From positions 28,174 to 92,173 of the forward strand of contig VGLJ01000002.1 of NCBI GenBank assembly GCA_016866775.1: a stretch of 64,000 nt of DNA, in the 5' to 3' direction. Positions within the stretch are counted from its first letter, which is position 1. Every line of letters starts with the position of its first letter. Below are positions 40,598 to 48,967 of this stretch, piece by piece. The DNA comes from Candidatus Rokuibacteriota bacterium (lineage in GTDB: Bacteria > Methylomirabilota > Methylomirabilia > Rokubacteriales > CSP1-6). A model generated the notes under the pieces. The model was not told where the DNA came from, did no database searches, and worked only from the letters and a program-made list of their open reading frames with translations. The translations under genes were made by a program, and so were the position numbers.

Positions 40598-41057
40598 TCA
40601 GCGGTACGGCGAATAGTCGGCGTCCACGAAGTCCTTGCGCAGCGGGTGGCCGGCCGGCCAGTCCTGTCCGAGCAGGATGCGCCGGAGATCGGGATGGCCG
40701 TCGAAGACCACGCCGAACATGTCGTAGCACTCGCGCTCCATCCAGTCCGCGCCCTTCCAGACGTCCGTCAGCGTCGGGCAGTGCACGTTGCCCGCGCCGA
40801 GCTTCGTCCGCAGCATCAGCGCCACGCGGCTCTCGAGGTTCTCGACCCGGCAGACGACTTCGAAGCCCTGCTCCTTCCAGTCGATCGCGCTGAGCCAGCT
40901 GAAGTAGAGACAGCCGATGGCGTCATGGGCGATCCGCGCGGCCGCGTGCCAGCGATCGACCGGCACGTCGAGCGTCACCAGCGCGCCCGCGACGGTCGGG
41001 GTCAGACCGAGGTGCTGTTCGAGGCGGGCGGCCGCGACGTCGAACGCGATCTTCAAG
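40598..41057 (-). CDS. nuoC: NADH-quinone oxidoreductase subunit C (cluster 2), probable TTG start
   Basis: [25 protein letters not shown] signature. Confidence 0.85.
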
Positions 41058-41685
41058 AGGTGGCGGCCGGCGTGACGACGCGCGTGCCCGTCTTCTGGAA
41101 CTCCGCGACCTGCTCCTGGAGCTTGAGCAGCCCGTACATGAGGGAATCCGGCGTGGGCGGACAGCCGGGGACGTAGACGTCGACGGGCACGACGCGATCC
41201 ACGCCCTTGACCACGTGGTAGCCGTGACGGAACGGGCCGCCGGAATTCGCGCACGACCCCATCGACACCACCCACTTCGGGTCGGGCATCTGGTCGTAGA
41301 TGCGCTTGAGCATCGGCGCCATCTTGATGGTCACGGTGCCCGACACGATCATCAGATCGGAGTGGCGGGGCGAGGCCCACGGGACCATGCCGAATCGCTC
41401 GACGTCGAAGCGGCTGGCGAACGTGGCCATCATCTCGATCGCGCAGCACGCCAGGCCGAACGTCACGGGCCAGAGCGAGGACTTGCGCGCCCAGTTGAAG
41501 ATCTTGTCCGTCGACGTGGTGACGATCCAGCCGCCGGGCATGTGGTGGATCGCGTCGGCGATCGACGCGAGCGTGTTCGACGTCTTGTCGTCGCCGGCCC
41601 GGGTCTGATGGTACTTCTCCCACTCCTGCAGATCCTTCACGTCGCTCCAGCCGGGCGGCGGGACCTGGGGCAGGGGCCGCTTCAC
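41053..41685 (-). CDS. nuoB: NADH-quinone oxidoreductase subunit B (cluster 2), GTG start overlapping the nuoA stop
   Basis: [12 protein letters not shown]...[10 protein letters not shown]...VPGCPPTPD motifs. Confidence 0.9.
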   Translation of the reverse strand: MKRPLPQVPPPGWSDVKDLQEWEKYHQTRAGDDKTSNTLASIADAIHHMPGGWIVTTSTDKIFNWARKSSLWPVTFGLACCAIEMMATFASRFDVERFGMVPWASPRHSDLMIVSGTVTIKMAPMLKRIYDQMPDPKWVVSMGSCANSGGPFRHGYHVVKGVDRVVPVDVYVPGCPPTPDSLMYGLLKLQEQVAEFQKTGTRVVTPAATS

Positions 41686-42035
41686 TTCCACTCCAGCACT
41701 CCCTCGCGATACGCGTACACCCAGCCGAGCATCACGATCGCGATGAACGCGGCCATCACCCAGAACGCGCCGAGGCCGGCGGTGCGCACGACGAGGGCCC
41801 ACGGGATGACGAAGACCGCCAGCGCGTCGAAGACGATGAAGACCAGCGCGACGAGGTAGAACCCGACCGGGAACTGGACCCATGCAGAGCCGATGGGCTC
41901 GGCACCACATTCGTAGTTCTCGAGCTTCACAGCATCGGGCCGCGCCGGCCGGAGCAGCCACGCGACGCCGATCGACACCACGCCGAACGCGACGATGAAG
42001 GCGGCGAATATCGCGACTGCCAGGTACTCGGACAC
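41682..42035 (-). CDS. nuoA: NADH-quinone oxidoreductase subunit A (cluster 2), GTG start, GGAGG RBS
   Basis: [12 protein letters not shown]...NuoA signature; upstream AT-rich CATATATACT -10-like box. Confidence 0.9.
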   Translation of the reverse strand: MSEYLAVAIFAAFIVAFGVVSIGVAWLLRPARPDAVKLENYECGAEPIGSAWVQFPVGFYLVALVFIVFDALAVFVIPWALVVRTAGLGAFWVMAAFIAIVMLGWVYAYREGVLEWK

Positions 42036-42139
42036 GCTTTTTCCCTCCGGTCCTCGGGCCCGACGACGCAGTATATATGATTGATGAAAGCGGGGCGAGA
42101 CGCGGCCCTTGGCACAGCGCTTGCCCGTCGTGAGGGGAC

Positions 42140-42673
42140 ATGAGCCCCGGCGGACATCTCCTCACGACAGCGGCCGCCACGGCGGCAATGGGCTACGCGA
42201 CCGGCTCGGTGCCGCTCGCCGCGGCCGTCGCGACCGGCGGTTTCCTCATCGACCTCGACCACGCGGTCGACTACGTCCTCTTCGACAGGCAACGCGACCT
42301 GCGTCCCGGCGCGTTCCTCCGGTACTACGTCGAGGGTCACGTGAAGCGCGCGGTGCTCGTGCTCCACTCGTACGAGCTGATGGCCCTGCTCGCGCTGATC
42401 GCGTGGTGGACGCACGCGCCGTGGCTCTCGGGCTATCTCGTCGGCGCGCTGATGCACCTCGCGCTCGACATCGTCTTCAACGGCCGCATCACGCCGTTTT
42501 CGATCGCCGCGTTTTACTCGTTCACGTACCGCGCGTACCATCGATTCGACGCCGTCGCACTTCTGGGAATCGCGGAACGTCCCGTCGATGAAGGCTTCTG
42601 GGGGATGTTCTTCGACAACGGGCACGTGGTGAAGCCGCTGCCCCGGACGGGTGTGCCCGACGCGCTGACATAA
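42140..42673 (+). CDS. membrane-bound metal-dependent hydrolase-like protein (YdjM/DUF457 type)
   Basis: Polytopic membrane protein with conserved His/Asp positions ([24 protein letters not shown]); divergent from nuoA2. Confidence 0.55.
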   Translation: MSPGGHLLTTAAATAAMGYATGSVPLAAAVATGGFLIDLDHAVDYVLFDRQRDLRPGAFLRYYVEGHVKRAVLVLHSYELMALLALIAWWTHAPWLSGYLVGALMHLALDIVFNGRITPFSIAAFYSFTYRAYHRFDAVALLGIAERPVDEGFWGMFFDNGHVVKPLPRTGVPDALT

Positions 42674-42690
42674 CCCGCAATTGACGGCTG

Positions 42691-43419
42691 ATGGCCGTCG
42701 AGCAGCGTGCTGGACTCCCGCCGATGCGCGTGTTGGTCGTCGAAGACGAGCAGGACGTCGGCGACGTATTCCTCGACTATTTGCTCGAGCTCGGTCACCA
42801 GCCGCTCCTCGTGCGCACCGCCGAAGCCGCGCTCGGCAAGCTCGTGACCGAGCGTCCCGACGCGATCATCGTCGACGTGAATCTTCCCGGGATGAGCGGG
42901 ATCGAATTCCTCCAGCTGCGCCCGATCCGCGAATCCGGCGTGCCCGTCGTCGCGGTGTCCGCCGTCGCGACGGAGAGCCAGGCGCGCGAGTGCCTGCGCC
43001 TCGGCGCAGTGGATTTCGTCGGCAAGCCGCTGCCGTTCGAGCGCCTGCAGGAAGTGCTCACGTATCTCGAGCCGTACGCGCTCGACCGCAAGCTCGGCAC
43101 CGACGAGGCGAAGCCCGACCGCCGCAGCGCGCCGCGCGCGCCGCTGACCGTGCCGGTGCGCGTCGTCGAGTACGGGGGCGCGGAGTGGCAGGCGACGTCC
43201 GTCGACGTGAGCGTCGGCGGGAATCCGCCTGAGCGGCCGCGCCGCGGCGCGCGCCGGCAGCGCCGCGCGCCTCACGTTCACGCCGCCCGACGGCGGCGCC
43301 ACCATGACCGTGATGGCGCTCCTGGTCCGGGCCGACATCGGCGGCTACGCGTTTTCGTTCGTGAACCTCACCGCCTCCGAGAAGGATCGCCTCCGCCAGA
43401 TCACTCGACGCCTCGTCTA
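42691..43419 (+). CDS. response regulator with receiver and PilZ domains; apparent +1 frameshift near 43215 (extra A in GGGAATCC)
   Basis: REC (VLVVEDEQDV...DVNLPGMSG) then PilZ RRSAPRAPLTVPVRV...DVSVGG; the PilZ C-terminus IRLSG...GGYAFSFVNLTASEKDRLRQI continues in the +1 frame ending TAG 43417-19. Confidence 0.6.
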
Positions 43420-43588
43420 GGCCGCCGGGGAGGTGTCGGTAAACAGTTGGACACTTCGGTCCGGCGCTTGCCTCTAGGCCGTTCCTCCCTGTTGCGCAAC
43501 TTCCCGCAGGACTGAGAGTTCCCGCCCGTCGGTCTGGCAGTGGAAATGCGCCCGTCCTCCTCCGGTCACTCCAGACCGGGGGAGTCGC

Positions 43589-43894
43589 ATGGGATTCTTT
43601 CGGCGCGAAATAGAAGTGACGCTCAAGATGCTCGGCGTGGCGTTGCTCGTCGGGCTCATCGTTCTCCCCGTCGCGTGGGGGTACGAGCAGCGGCGCCAGG
43701 CGCGCACGTGGCAGAACGTGGCCTGTGCCTATCGCATCAAGGAGGTCACGCGCACGGCGCCGTTCATCCAGAACGTCGAGCGCGCTCCCGACGCGTGCAC
43801 GGCGCTCGCGCGGCCTGGATTCCAGCTGTCGGAGACGGAGTTCGTGCCGCTGCCGACGGCGGCCGCGGGCCTTTCCTCGACGAGGACTCGCTAG
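43589..43894 (+). CDS. small hypothetical membrane protein (101 aa)
   Basis: GGGGGAG RBS 7 nt upstream; one TM helix LGVALLVGLIVLPVAW. Confidence 0.45.
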   Translation: MGFFRREIEVTLKMLGVALLVGLIVLPVAWGYEQRRQARTWQNVACAYRIKEVTRTAPFIQNVERAPDACTALARPGFQLSETEFVPLPTAAAGLSSTRTR

Positions 43895-45366
43895 GACGCG
43901 GCGAGCGCTTCGGCTTTCCGTTCACCGTCCGGGCCTGAGAGCACCAGCAGACGGTAGTCGCGTGCGAGACGCGTCGCCTGACTGAAGTCGGCGCTCTCGC
44001 ACGCGCCGTCCCGCAACGCCTTCTCCGCGGCGGCCAGGGTCGCCGCGAGGACGCGATCGAGATGGGCGGTCATCCGCCGCCGCACGTCGCCGTACCCCTT
44101 CACCAGCTGACCCGCGCGCGCGACCTCACGCGCGAGCTCGATGTTCCACGTCGAGCAGCGACGCACGACCGCGAGCCATCGCGTGATCAGCGCGAACTCC
44201 TCGTGCGCGCGGTAGGAGATCGGCCGGATGCGTCGCAGACGGCCGAGCAGCCACACGCGCAGGTACCCCAGCACGGTCGTCGTGCGGACGTGCTGCGTGA
44301 GGGTCGGGCGGCCGTGCGGCCAGCGTCGCTCGGCCCAGCGCGCGAACGGCGCGACGAGCGCGTGCGGGAGGATGCCGTAGATCTCGTCGAGGTCCGGCTT
44401 CAGGTAGTCCGTGACTTCGACGACCGCGCCGGGTGTCCGCGCTTCGCCCTGGATGCGCGTGAAGCGCGCCGCCCGCGTCTTCAGGTCGGCCACGCGAATG
44501 GCGTCCTCGTACGTCATCCACAGCGCCAGGTACCGCGCGACGTGCGCGGCGACTTCCGCGTCGCCGGCGACGAACGGCTGCAGCAGCGCGAGATAGCGTT
44601 CGGCGTAGCGCGCGTCCTGGTAATCGATCAGCCGCGGCAGCGCCTGGCGGACGATGGGACGGACGGCCTCGGGCATCGCCGCGACGCGCGGGTCGTCGGC
44701 GGCCGGCGCCGCGTGCGCCGCGCCGTTCCGTGCCGCAGCCGCCACGGGTCCGCGGCGCGCCAGCGCGAGGCCGAGCTCGAAACCGCGCAGGTTCGCGTCG
44801 ACCTGGACCCCCTTCGCGCGGATCGCGCCGCGATACGCGTCGTCCTTCAGCGGCAGCACGCCGCTGCCCGCGAGCGCGCCGAGGAGGATGGCGTTGACCT
44901 CGGTGCGGTGCTCGCGCGCGAGCGCCAGCGCGTCGAACGCGTGCAGCGTGCGCGAGAACGCGCGCGCCGCGTCGACGAGGCGATCCGCGGGATAGATCGC
45001 GTTGCCCAGCGCCAGCTTCTCCTGGATCGAGTAGAGGCGGTGCGTGCTGGTGATGATCGTGGTGCGCGCGGGCGACGGAAACCCGAGCTCGATCATCCGC
45101 CCCACCTCGAGGAGCTCCGGCGCCAGGAGCACGTCGAGCGCGCCGGGCACCGGATACAAGGACACCGTGGGCTCGCGATCCCCGGGCGGGAAGATCTCCA
45201 CGTAGTAGGTCGTCGAGCCGGTGCGCTGCGCGACGCCGGGGATGGACGTCCCGTGCGCGACCTGGCCGTCGGCGATCGCCGCTTCGACGAGCCACTCGGA
45301 GAGCACGCCACCGCCCTGCCCCCCGACCGCGGGAATGAGCACGCTGACGAAGCCGGCCTCGTTCAC
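43891..45366 (-). CDS. iorB: indolepyruvate/2-oxoacid:ferredoxin oxidoreductase subunit beta-family protein (GTG start overlapping iorA stop)
   Basis: N-terminal pyruvate-ferredoxin oxidoreductase gamma-like domain (VLIPAVGGQGGGVLSEWL) plus C-terminal extension. Confidence 0.75.
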   Translation of the reverse strand: MNEAGFVSVLIPAVGGQGGGVLSEWLVEAAIADGQVAHGTSIPGVAQRTGSTTYYVEIFPPGDREPTVSLYPVPGALDVLLAPELLEVGRMIELGFPSPARTTIITSTHRLYSIQEKLALGNAIYPADRLVDAARAFSRTLHAFDALALAREHRTEVNAILLGALAGSGVLPLKDDAYRGAIRAKGVQVDANLRGFELGLALARRGPVAAAARNGAAHAAPAADDPRVAAMPEAVRPIVRQALPRLIDYQDARYAERYLALLQPFVAGDAEVAAHVARYLALWMTYEDAIRVADLKTRAARFTRIQGEARTPGAVVEVTDYLKPDLDEIYGILPHALVAPFARWAERRWPHGRPTLTQHVRTTTVLGYLRVWLLGRLRRIRPISYRAHEEFALITRWLAVVRRCSTWNIELAREVARAGQLVKGYGDVRRRMTAHLDRVLAATLAAAEKALRDGACESADFSQATRLARDYRLLVLSGPDGERKAEALAAS

Positions 45367-47507
45367 TGTGCGAGCGCGGCGAGGCGGCCGATGACGGCGC
45401 GGCGGACGCGCGCGAGGAGGCGCCGCCACCAGCCCGGGTTGGCGACGATCTTCATCTCGTAGAACGACGGGCAGAGGACGGCGGCATGCGCGACTTCTCC
45501 GCACACGCCGCAGCCGACGCACGTCTCGTCGACGTGCGCGATCGGGTCCTCGCGGAGCGCGTCCGGGCTCGGACGCAGCGTCAGCGACGGACAGCCATTG
45601 AACCGCATGCACGAGTGGTCGCCCGTGCACACGTCGGGATCGACGCCGAAGCGCGGCTGCTCCACGGTCTTGCCGGCGGCGGCCCGCGCGCGCTTGCGCG
45701 GCCGCTCGCGTCGCTGGCGCTCCAGCATGCACTCGCCCTTGGCGATGACGACCTTGAGGCCCGGCGCGCGCGTGGTGAGCGCGTCGCGCAGCGTGCCGAT
45801 CATCTCGGGGATGCGATACGACTCGACGGTCTTGATCCACGTCACGCCGAGGCCGCGGAGCGCGCCGGGGATGGTGGTCGTCAGGCGCTCGCCGCGCGCG
45901 TTGGTCCCGGTCGAGGGCACGTGGTGCTGGCCGGTGGCCGCCGCGTAACCGTTGTCGATGATGACGAACACGGCGTCCTGCTTGTTGTAGACGGCGTTGG
46001 CGACGCCGGTCGTGAGCCCATTGTGCCAGAAGCCGCCGTCGCCCATCACCGCGATCGTGCGCTTGCCGAAGAGCGGCGCCACCGCGCTGTTCGACGCGAG
46101 GCCCATGCCGTAGCCGAGCACCGAGTTGCCGATGTTGAACGGCGCCTGCGTCGAGAACGTGTTGCAGCCGATGTCGTGCGAGACGTGCGTGTCGCCGATC
46201 GCGGGCTCGCGCTCGCGCAGGATCTTCATCGCGCTGAACAGCGGGCGCTCCGGGCAGCCGGTGCAGAACGACGGCGGGCGCTTCGCGACCGGCTCGCGCA
46301 GCACGGCGGTGATGCGCTCCTGGTGCTCGGTGAGACGGCGATAGCGGTCGGCGATGGCGCCAGCCGGCACGCCGCGCGGCGAGCAGCCCGCGAAGAACTT
46401 CGCGAGCCCCCCCACGACCAGGCGGGGCACGTATTCGCCGTTCGGCGCGAGCAGGTCCTTGCCGTGGATCTCGACGTCGAGGCGCGCCTCGTGCGCGAGC
46501 GCCTGCAGCTCGCGCTCGATGAAGTTCGGCATCCCCTCCTCGACCACGAAGATCTGACGCTTGCCGCGCATGAACGCGATGAGCTGCTCCGGCACCAGCG
46601 GATGCAGGCAGTTGAGGACGAGCAAGGGGACCGCCGTGCGCCCGTAGATGTCGGCGACGCCGAGCTCCGCGAGCCCGCGCACCGTGGTGTTCCACTGGCC
46701 GCCCTGCATCACGATGCCGATCTCACGATCGTCGCCGTCGAAGATCTCGTTCAGAGCGTGATCGATGACGTACCGGCGCGCCGCGGGCAGGCGGTGCTCG
46801 AACTTCTGCGCCTCCATGGCGTACGTGAACGGGGGCAGGTTGATGCGATCGATCGAGAAGCTCTGCGCGCCGAGCGGCAACAGCGTGCTCACGGCCGGCT
46901 TCACGTTGTCCTTGCAGACGAGCGTGCCGCGCATGTGGCAGGCGCGGATGCGGATCGAGAAGAAGACGGGCTCGTGGCAGGCCTCCGAGAGGCCGAAGCC
47001 TTCCTCGACGAAGCGGGCGAACGACTGGAGGCTGTTGCGCGGATCGAGCAGCGGCACGGAGGACTTCAGCGCCGCCGAGTGCGTGCGCTCCTGCAGGATC
47101 GAGGAGCCTTCGCCGTAGTCCTCGCCGATGACGATCAGGCATCCGCCGCGCACGCCCGCCGACGCGACGTGCGAGAGCGCGTCCGAGGCGACGTTCGTGC
47201 CGACCACCGACTTCCACGTGACGGCGCCACGCACCGGATAGTTGATGGACGCGCCCAGCAGCGCGGCCGCGGCGGCTTCGCTGCCCGACTGCTCGAAGTA
47301 CACGCCCATGGGCCTGAGCAGGACGTCGTTCGCGTCGGCGAGCACGTCGATCATGTGGGAGACCGGCGCGCCCGGATAGCCGCCCACGTAGCTCACGCCG
47401 GACTGCAGGAGGGCCTTCGTGATCGCCAGGATCCCTTCCCCGTGGAGGATCTGGCCGGCGCCGTAGCCGAGCTGCTTGACGTCTTCGGCGAAGGTCCGCT
47501 CGCCCAT
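45363..47507 (-). CDS. iorA: indolepyruvate/2-oxoacid:ferredoxin oxidoreductase subunit alpha (TPP, 2x[4Fe-4S])
   Basis: TPP-binding GDGGFWHNG, cysteine clusters CTGCPERP...CMRFNGCPS...CVGCGVCGE; TATAAT 6 nt upstream of the ATG (leaderless-like). Confidence 0.85.
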   Translation of the reverse strand: MGERTFAEDVKQLGYGAGQILHGEGILAITKALLQSGVSYVGGYPGAPVSHMIDVLADANDVLLRPMGVYFEQSGSEAAAAALLGASINYPVRGAVTWKSVVGTNVASDALSHVASAGVRGGCLIVIGEDYGEGSSILQERTHSAALKSSVPLLDPRNSLQSFARFVEEGFGLSEACHEPVFFSIRIRACHMRGTLVCKDNVKPAVSTLLPLGAQSFSIDRINLPPFTYAMEAQKFEHRLPAARRYVIDHALNEIFDGDDREIGIVMQGGQWNTTVRGLAELGVADIYGRTAVPLLVLNCLHPLVPEQLIAFMRGKRQIFVVEEGMPNFIERELQALAHEARLDVEIHGKDLLAPNGEYVPRLVVGGLAKFFAGCSPRGVPAGAIADRYRRLTEHQERITAVLREPVAKRPPSFCTGCPERPLFSAMKILREREPAIGDTHVSHDIGCNTFSTQAPFNIGNSVLGYGMGLASNSAVAPLFGKRTIAVMGDGGFWHNGLTTGVANAVYNKQDAVFVIIDNGYAAATGQHHVPSTGTNARGERLTTTIPGALRGLGVTWIKTVESYRIPEMIGTLRDALTTRAPGLKVVIAKGECMLERQRRERPRKRARAAAGKTVEQPRFGVDPDVCTGDHSCMRFNGCPSLTLRPSPDALREDPIAHVDETCVGCGVCGEVAHAAVLCPSFYEMKIVANPGWWRRLLARVRRAVIGRLAALAQ

Positions 47508-47838
47508 GGCGCCATTATAGGCGTGTATCAAACACTGGACATTCACGGGCGTGCGGCGGGGTCGCTAGCGTCGATGGAATGGCCACTCTCTCGTCGGCGT
47601 CGACGGTGATCTAAGCGAACGAAAGAAGGAGGGTCGCCATCCGCTGTGGAAGCTGCGCTACGCGAAGGCTGAGTCGATCCGACTCATCCGTTGGATGTAC
47701 TACGCGCCGGACGTTCCTTGTCTCGCACGGACGCGTGCGAAGGCCGAGCGATTCCTTTCGCCGCTCGGTCGGAGCAACACTCGTCCTGCAGGTCGACCGC
47801 GAGTCGGGTGGCTGTACAATGATTCGGCCTCCGAGAGT

Positions 47839-47924
47839 GCCGGAGTGGAGTAACGGTAGCCTCGTGGCGCTCAAAACGCCATGCCCGCAAGGGCGTGTGG
47901 GTTCGAATCCCACCTCCGGTACCA
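47839..47924 (+). tRNA. tRNA-Leu (anticodon CAA), type II, CCA encoded
   Basis: Manual fold: acceptor GCCGGAG/CTCCGGT, anticodon loop CTCAAAA, variable arm GCCC-GCAA-GGGC, T-loop TTCGAAT; TACAAT -10 at 47815..47820. Confidence 0.85.
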
Positions 47925-47951
47925 ACCCCACGTCGTTCAGGTCTCCCTTTC

Positions 47952-47981
47952 TTGACACCTCCGGCGCGCGGCCTGTAACGT
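47952..47981 (+). promoter_or_regulatory. promoter-like TTGACA-N17/18-(G)TAACGT between the two tRNAs
   Basis: Perfect -35 hexamer 37 nt upstream of the tRNA-Ala 5' end. Confidence 0.4.
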
Positions 47982-47993
47982 ACCCCCTCGCGT

Positions 47994-48069
<76 letters not shown>

Positions 48070-48082
48070 TTTCATTCCTCTC

Positions 48083-48409
48083 GTGATCCTCTACACCACC
48101 ACCGGCTGACCGACCTGCACCCGCGCGAGAGAGGATCTCTCGCGTCGCGGCCTCGCCTACACGAACCGGCCCGTCGACGAGCAGCCGGTCGACCGCGAGG
48201 GGACGCTCGCCATCGCGCGCGGCGCCCGGCACCTGCACGTCAAGCTGGGTGACACGCTCGCGCGGCTCGACGGTCCCTTCACCGACGCGGAGCTCGCGAA
48301 GTATCTCGTGCACGAGGACGGCTTCATGCGCGTGCCCGTCCTCGTGCGCGGCGACCTGATCGTGCGCGGCTACACCGACGCGCTGTACCGCGACGCGCTC
48401 GGCGACTGA
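48083..48409 (+). CDS. candidate selenoprotein: Spx/ArsC/YffB-family thioredoxin-fold protein (108 aa) with in-frame UGA (48107..48109) replacing the first Cys of CxxC (UPTC)
   Basis: GTG start 13 nt after tRNA-Ala. Translation MILYTTTG-U-PTCTRAREDLSRRGLAYTNRPV...FMRVPVLVRGDLIVRGYTDALY aligns with Spx LYTSPSCTSCRKAR...RRPIIID..LQVGY. High GC3 on both sides of the UGA; SECIS-like hairpin downstream. Confidence 0.55.
48122..48146 (+). promoter_or_regulatory. SECIS-like hairpin (stem CGCGAGAG/CTCTCGCG, apical loop AGGAU) 15 nt downstream of the in-frame UGA
   Basis: 8-9 bp stem; loop G residues lie 23-29 nt after the UGA, within the bacterial SECIS spacing window. Confidence 0.45.
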
Positions 48410-48431
48410 CGCCGGAGCGCGCTCGCGCCCC

Positions 48432-48905
48432 TCACCGCACCAGCGTGTACTGCACCTGCTGGTTCACCGGCAGCACGTCGATCACGCCGAAGCCGGCGAC
48501 GAACAGATCCGAGAGGGCCTGAGCGCACGGTGCGCCCGGGGCGACGGTCGGGCCGCCCGCGCTGGTGCTCGCGCTCGACACGAGCAATCGGCCGGCGCCC
48601 GTTGAAAACTCGGGGGCGCAGACGATGATCGCCGCCTCTCGCGGCGCCGGCGTCGCGGTCGTGCTCGCCGCCGGCGGCGGCGTGACCGACGTGTTGGGCG
48701 AGAGCGTTCCGGTGGTGTTCGTCTGCGCCGCCAGCGTAGCCGGTGCCAGCATCAGCATCAGGACCGCGAGCGTCGTCCGCATCATCCCCTCCTGACGATG
48801 CTCCTGACACGATCCGTGCGTCTCGGAGCGATTGTCCATCGGCTCGACCTCGCCGACGTTCGCGGGCCGCCCTTCACGCTCGCACCACGCGCATTTCAAC
48901 TTCAT
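48432..48905 (-). CDS. hypothetical membrane-anchored protein: N-terminal Cys/His zinc-ribbon-like segment, one TM helix, Pro/Thr-rich linker, small C-terminal domain (alternative start at 48785 gives a secreted form)
   Basis: MKLKCAWCEREG...THGSCQEH then MMRTTLAVLMLMLAPATLAAQ; GAGG RBS 8 nt before the ATG at 48903-05; lower-GC upstream region. Confidence 0.4.
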   Translation of the reverse strand: MKLKCAWCEREGRPANVGEVEPMDNRSETHGSCQEHRQEGMMRTTLAVLMLMLAPATLAAQTNTTGTLSPNTSVTPPPAASTTATPAPREAAIIVCAPEFSTGAGRLLVSSASTSAGGPTVAPGAPCAQALSDLFVAGFGVIDVLPVNQQVQYTLVR

Positions 48906-48967
48906 ACAAACGCCTCGTACGGTCCTTTCACCTCCTTCGCGGTCGCAAGAGCGAGGCCACGCGCCGC

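Noticed and set aside
47600-47625. Strong Shine-Dalgarno AAGGAGGG in the iorA/tRNA intergenic region suggesting a small ORF
   Set aside because: No start codon at suitable spacing; the only in-frame GTG gives an 8-codon ORF.
47839-47924. Considered whether the type II tRNA upstream of the UGA-containing ORF is tRNA-Sec (selC)
   Set aside because: Anticodon loop CTCAAAA gives anticodon CAA, not UCA; 7-bp acceptor stem, 3-bp D-stem and overall similarity to tRNA-Leu(CAA); tRNA-Sec would have an 8/5 acceptor/T geometry.
48083-48409. Alternative reading: ArsC-like gene fragment truncated by tRNA insertion (island-integration scar)
   Set aside because: The sequence between the tRNA and the UGA encodes the expected N-terminal beta-strand (ILYTTTG) in frame, and the UGA aligns with the catalytic Cys, so the gene is complete if UGA is decoded as Sec. 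The truncation model needs a coincidence.
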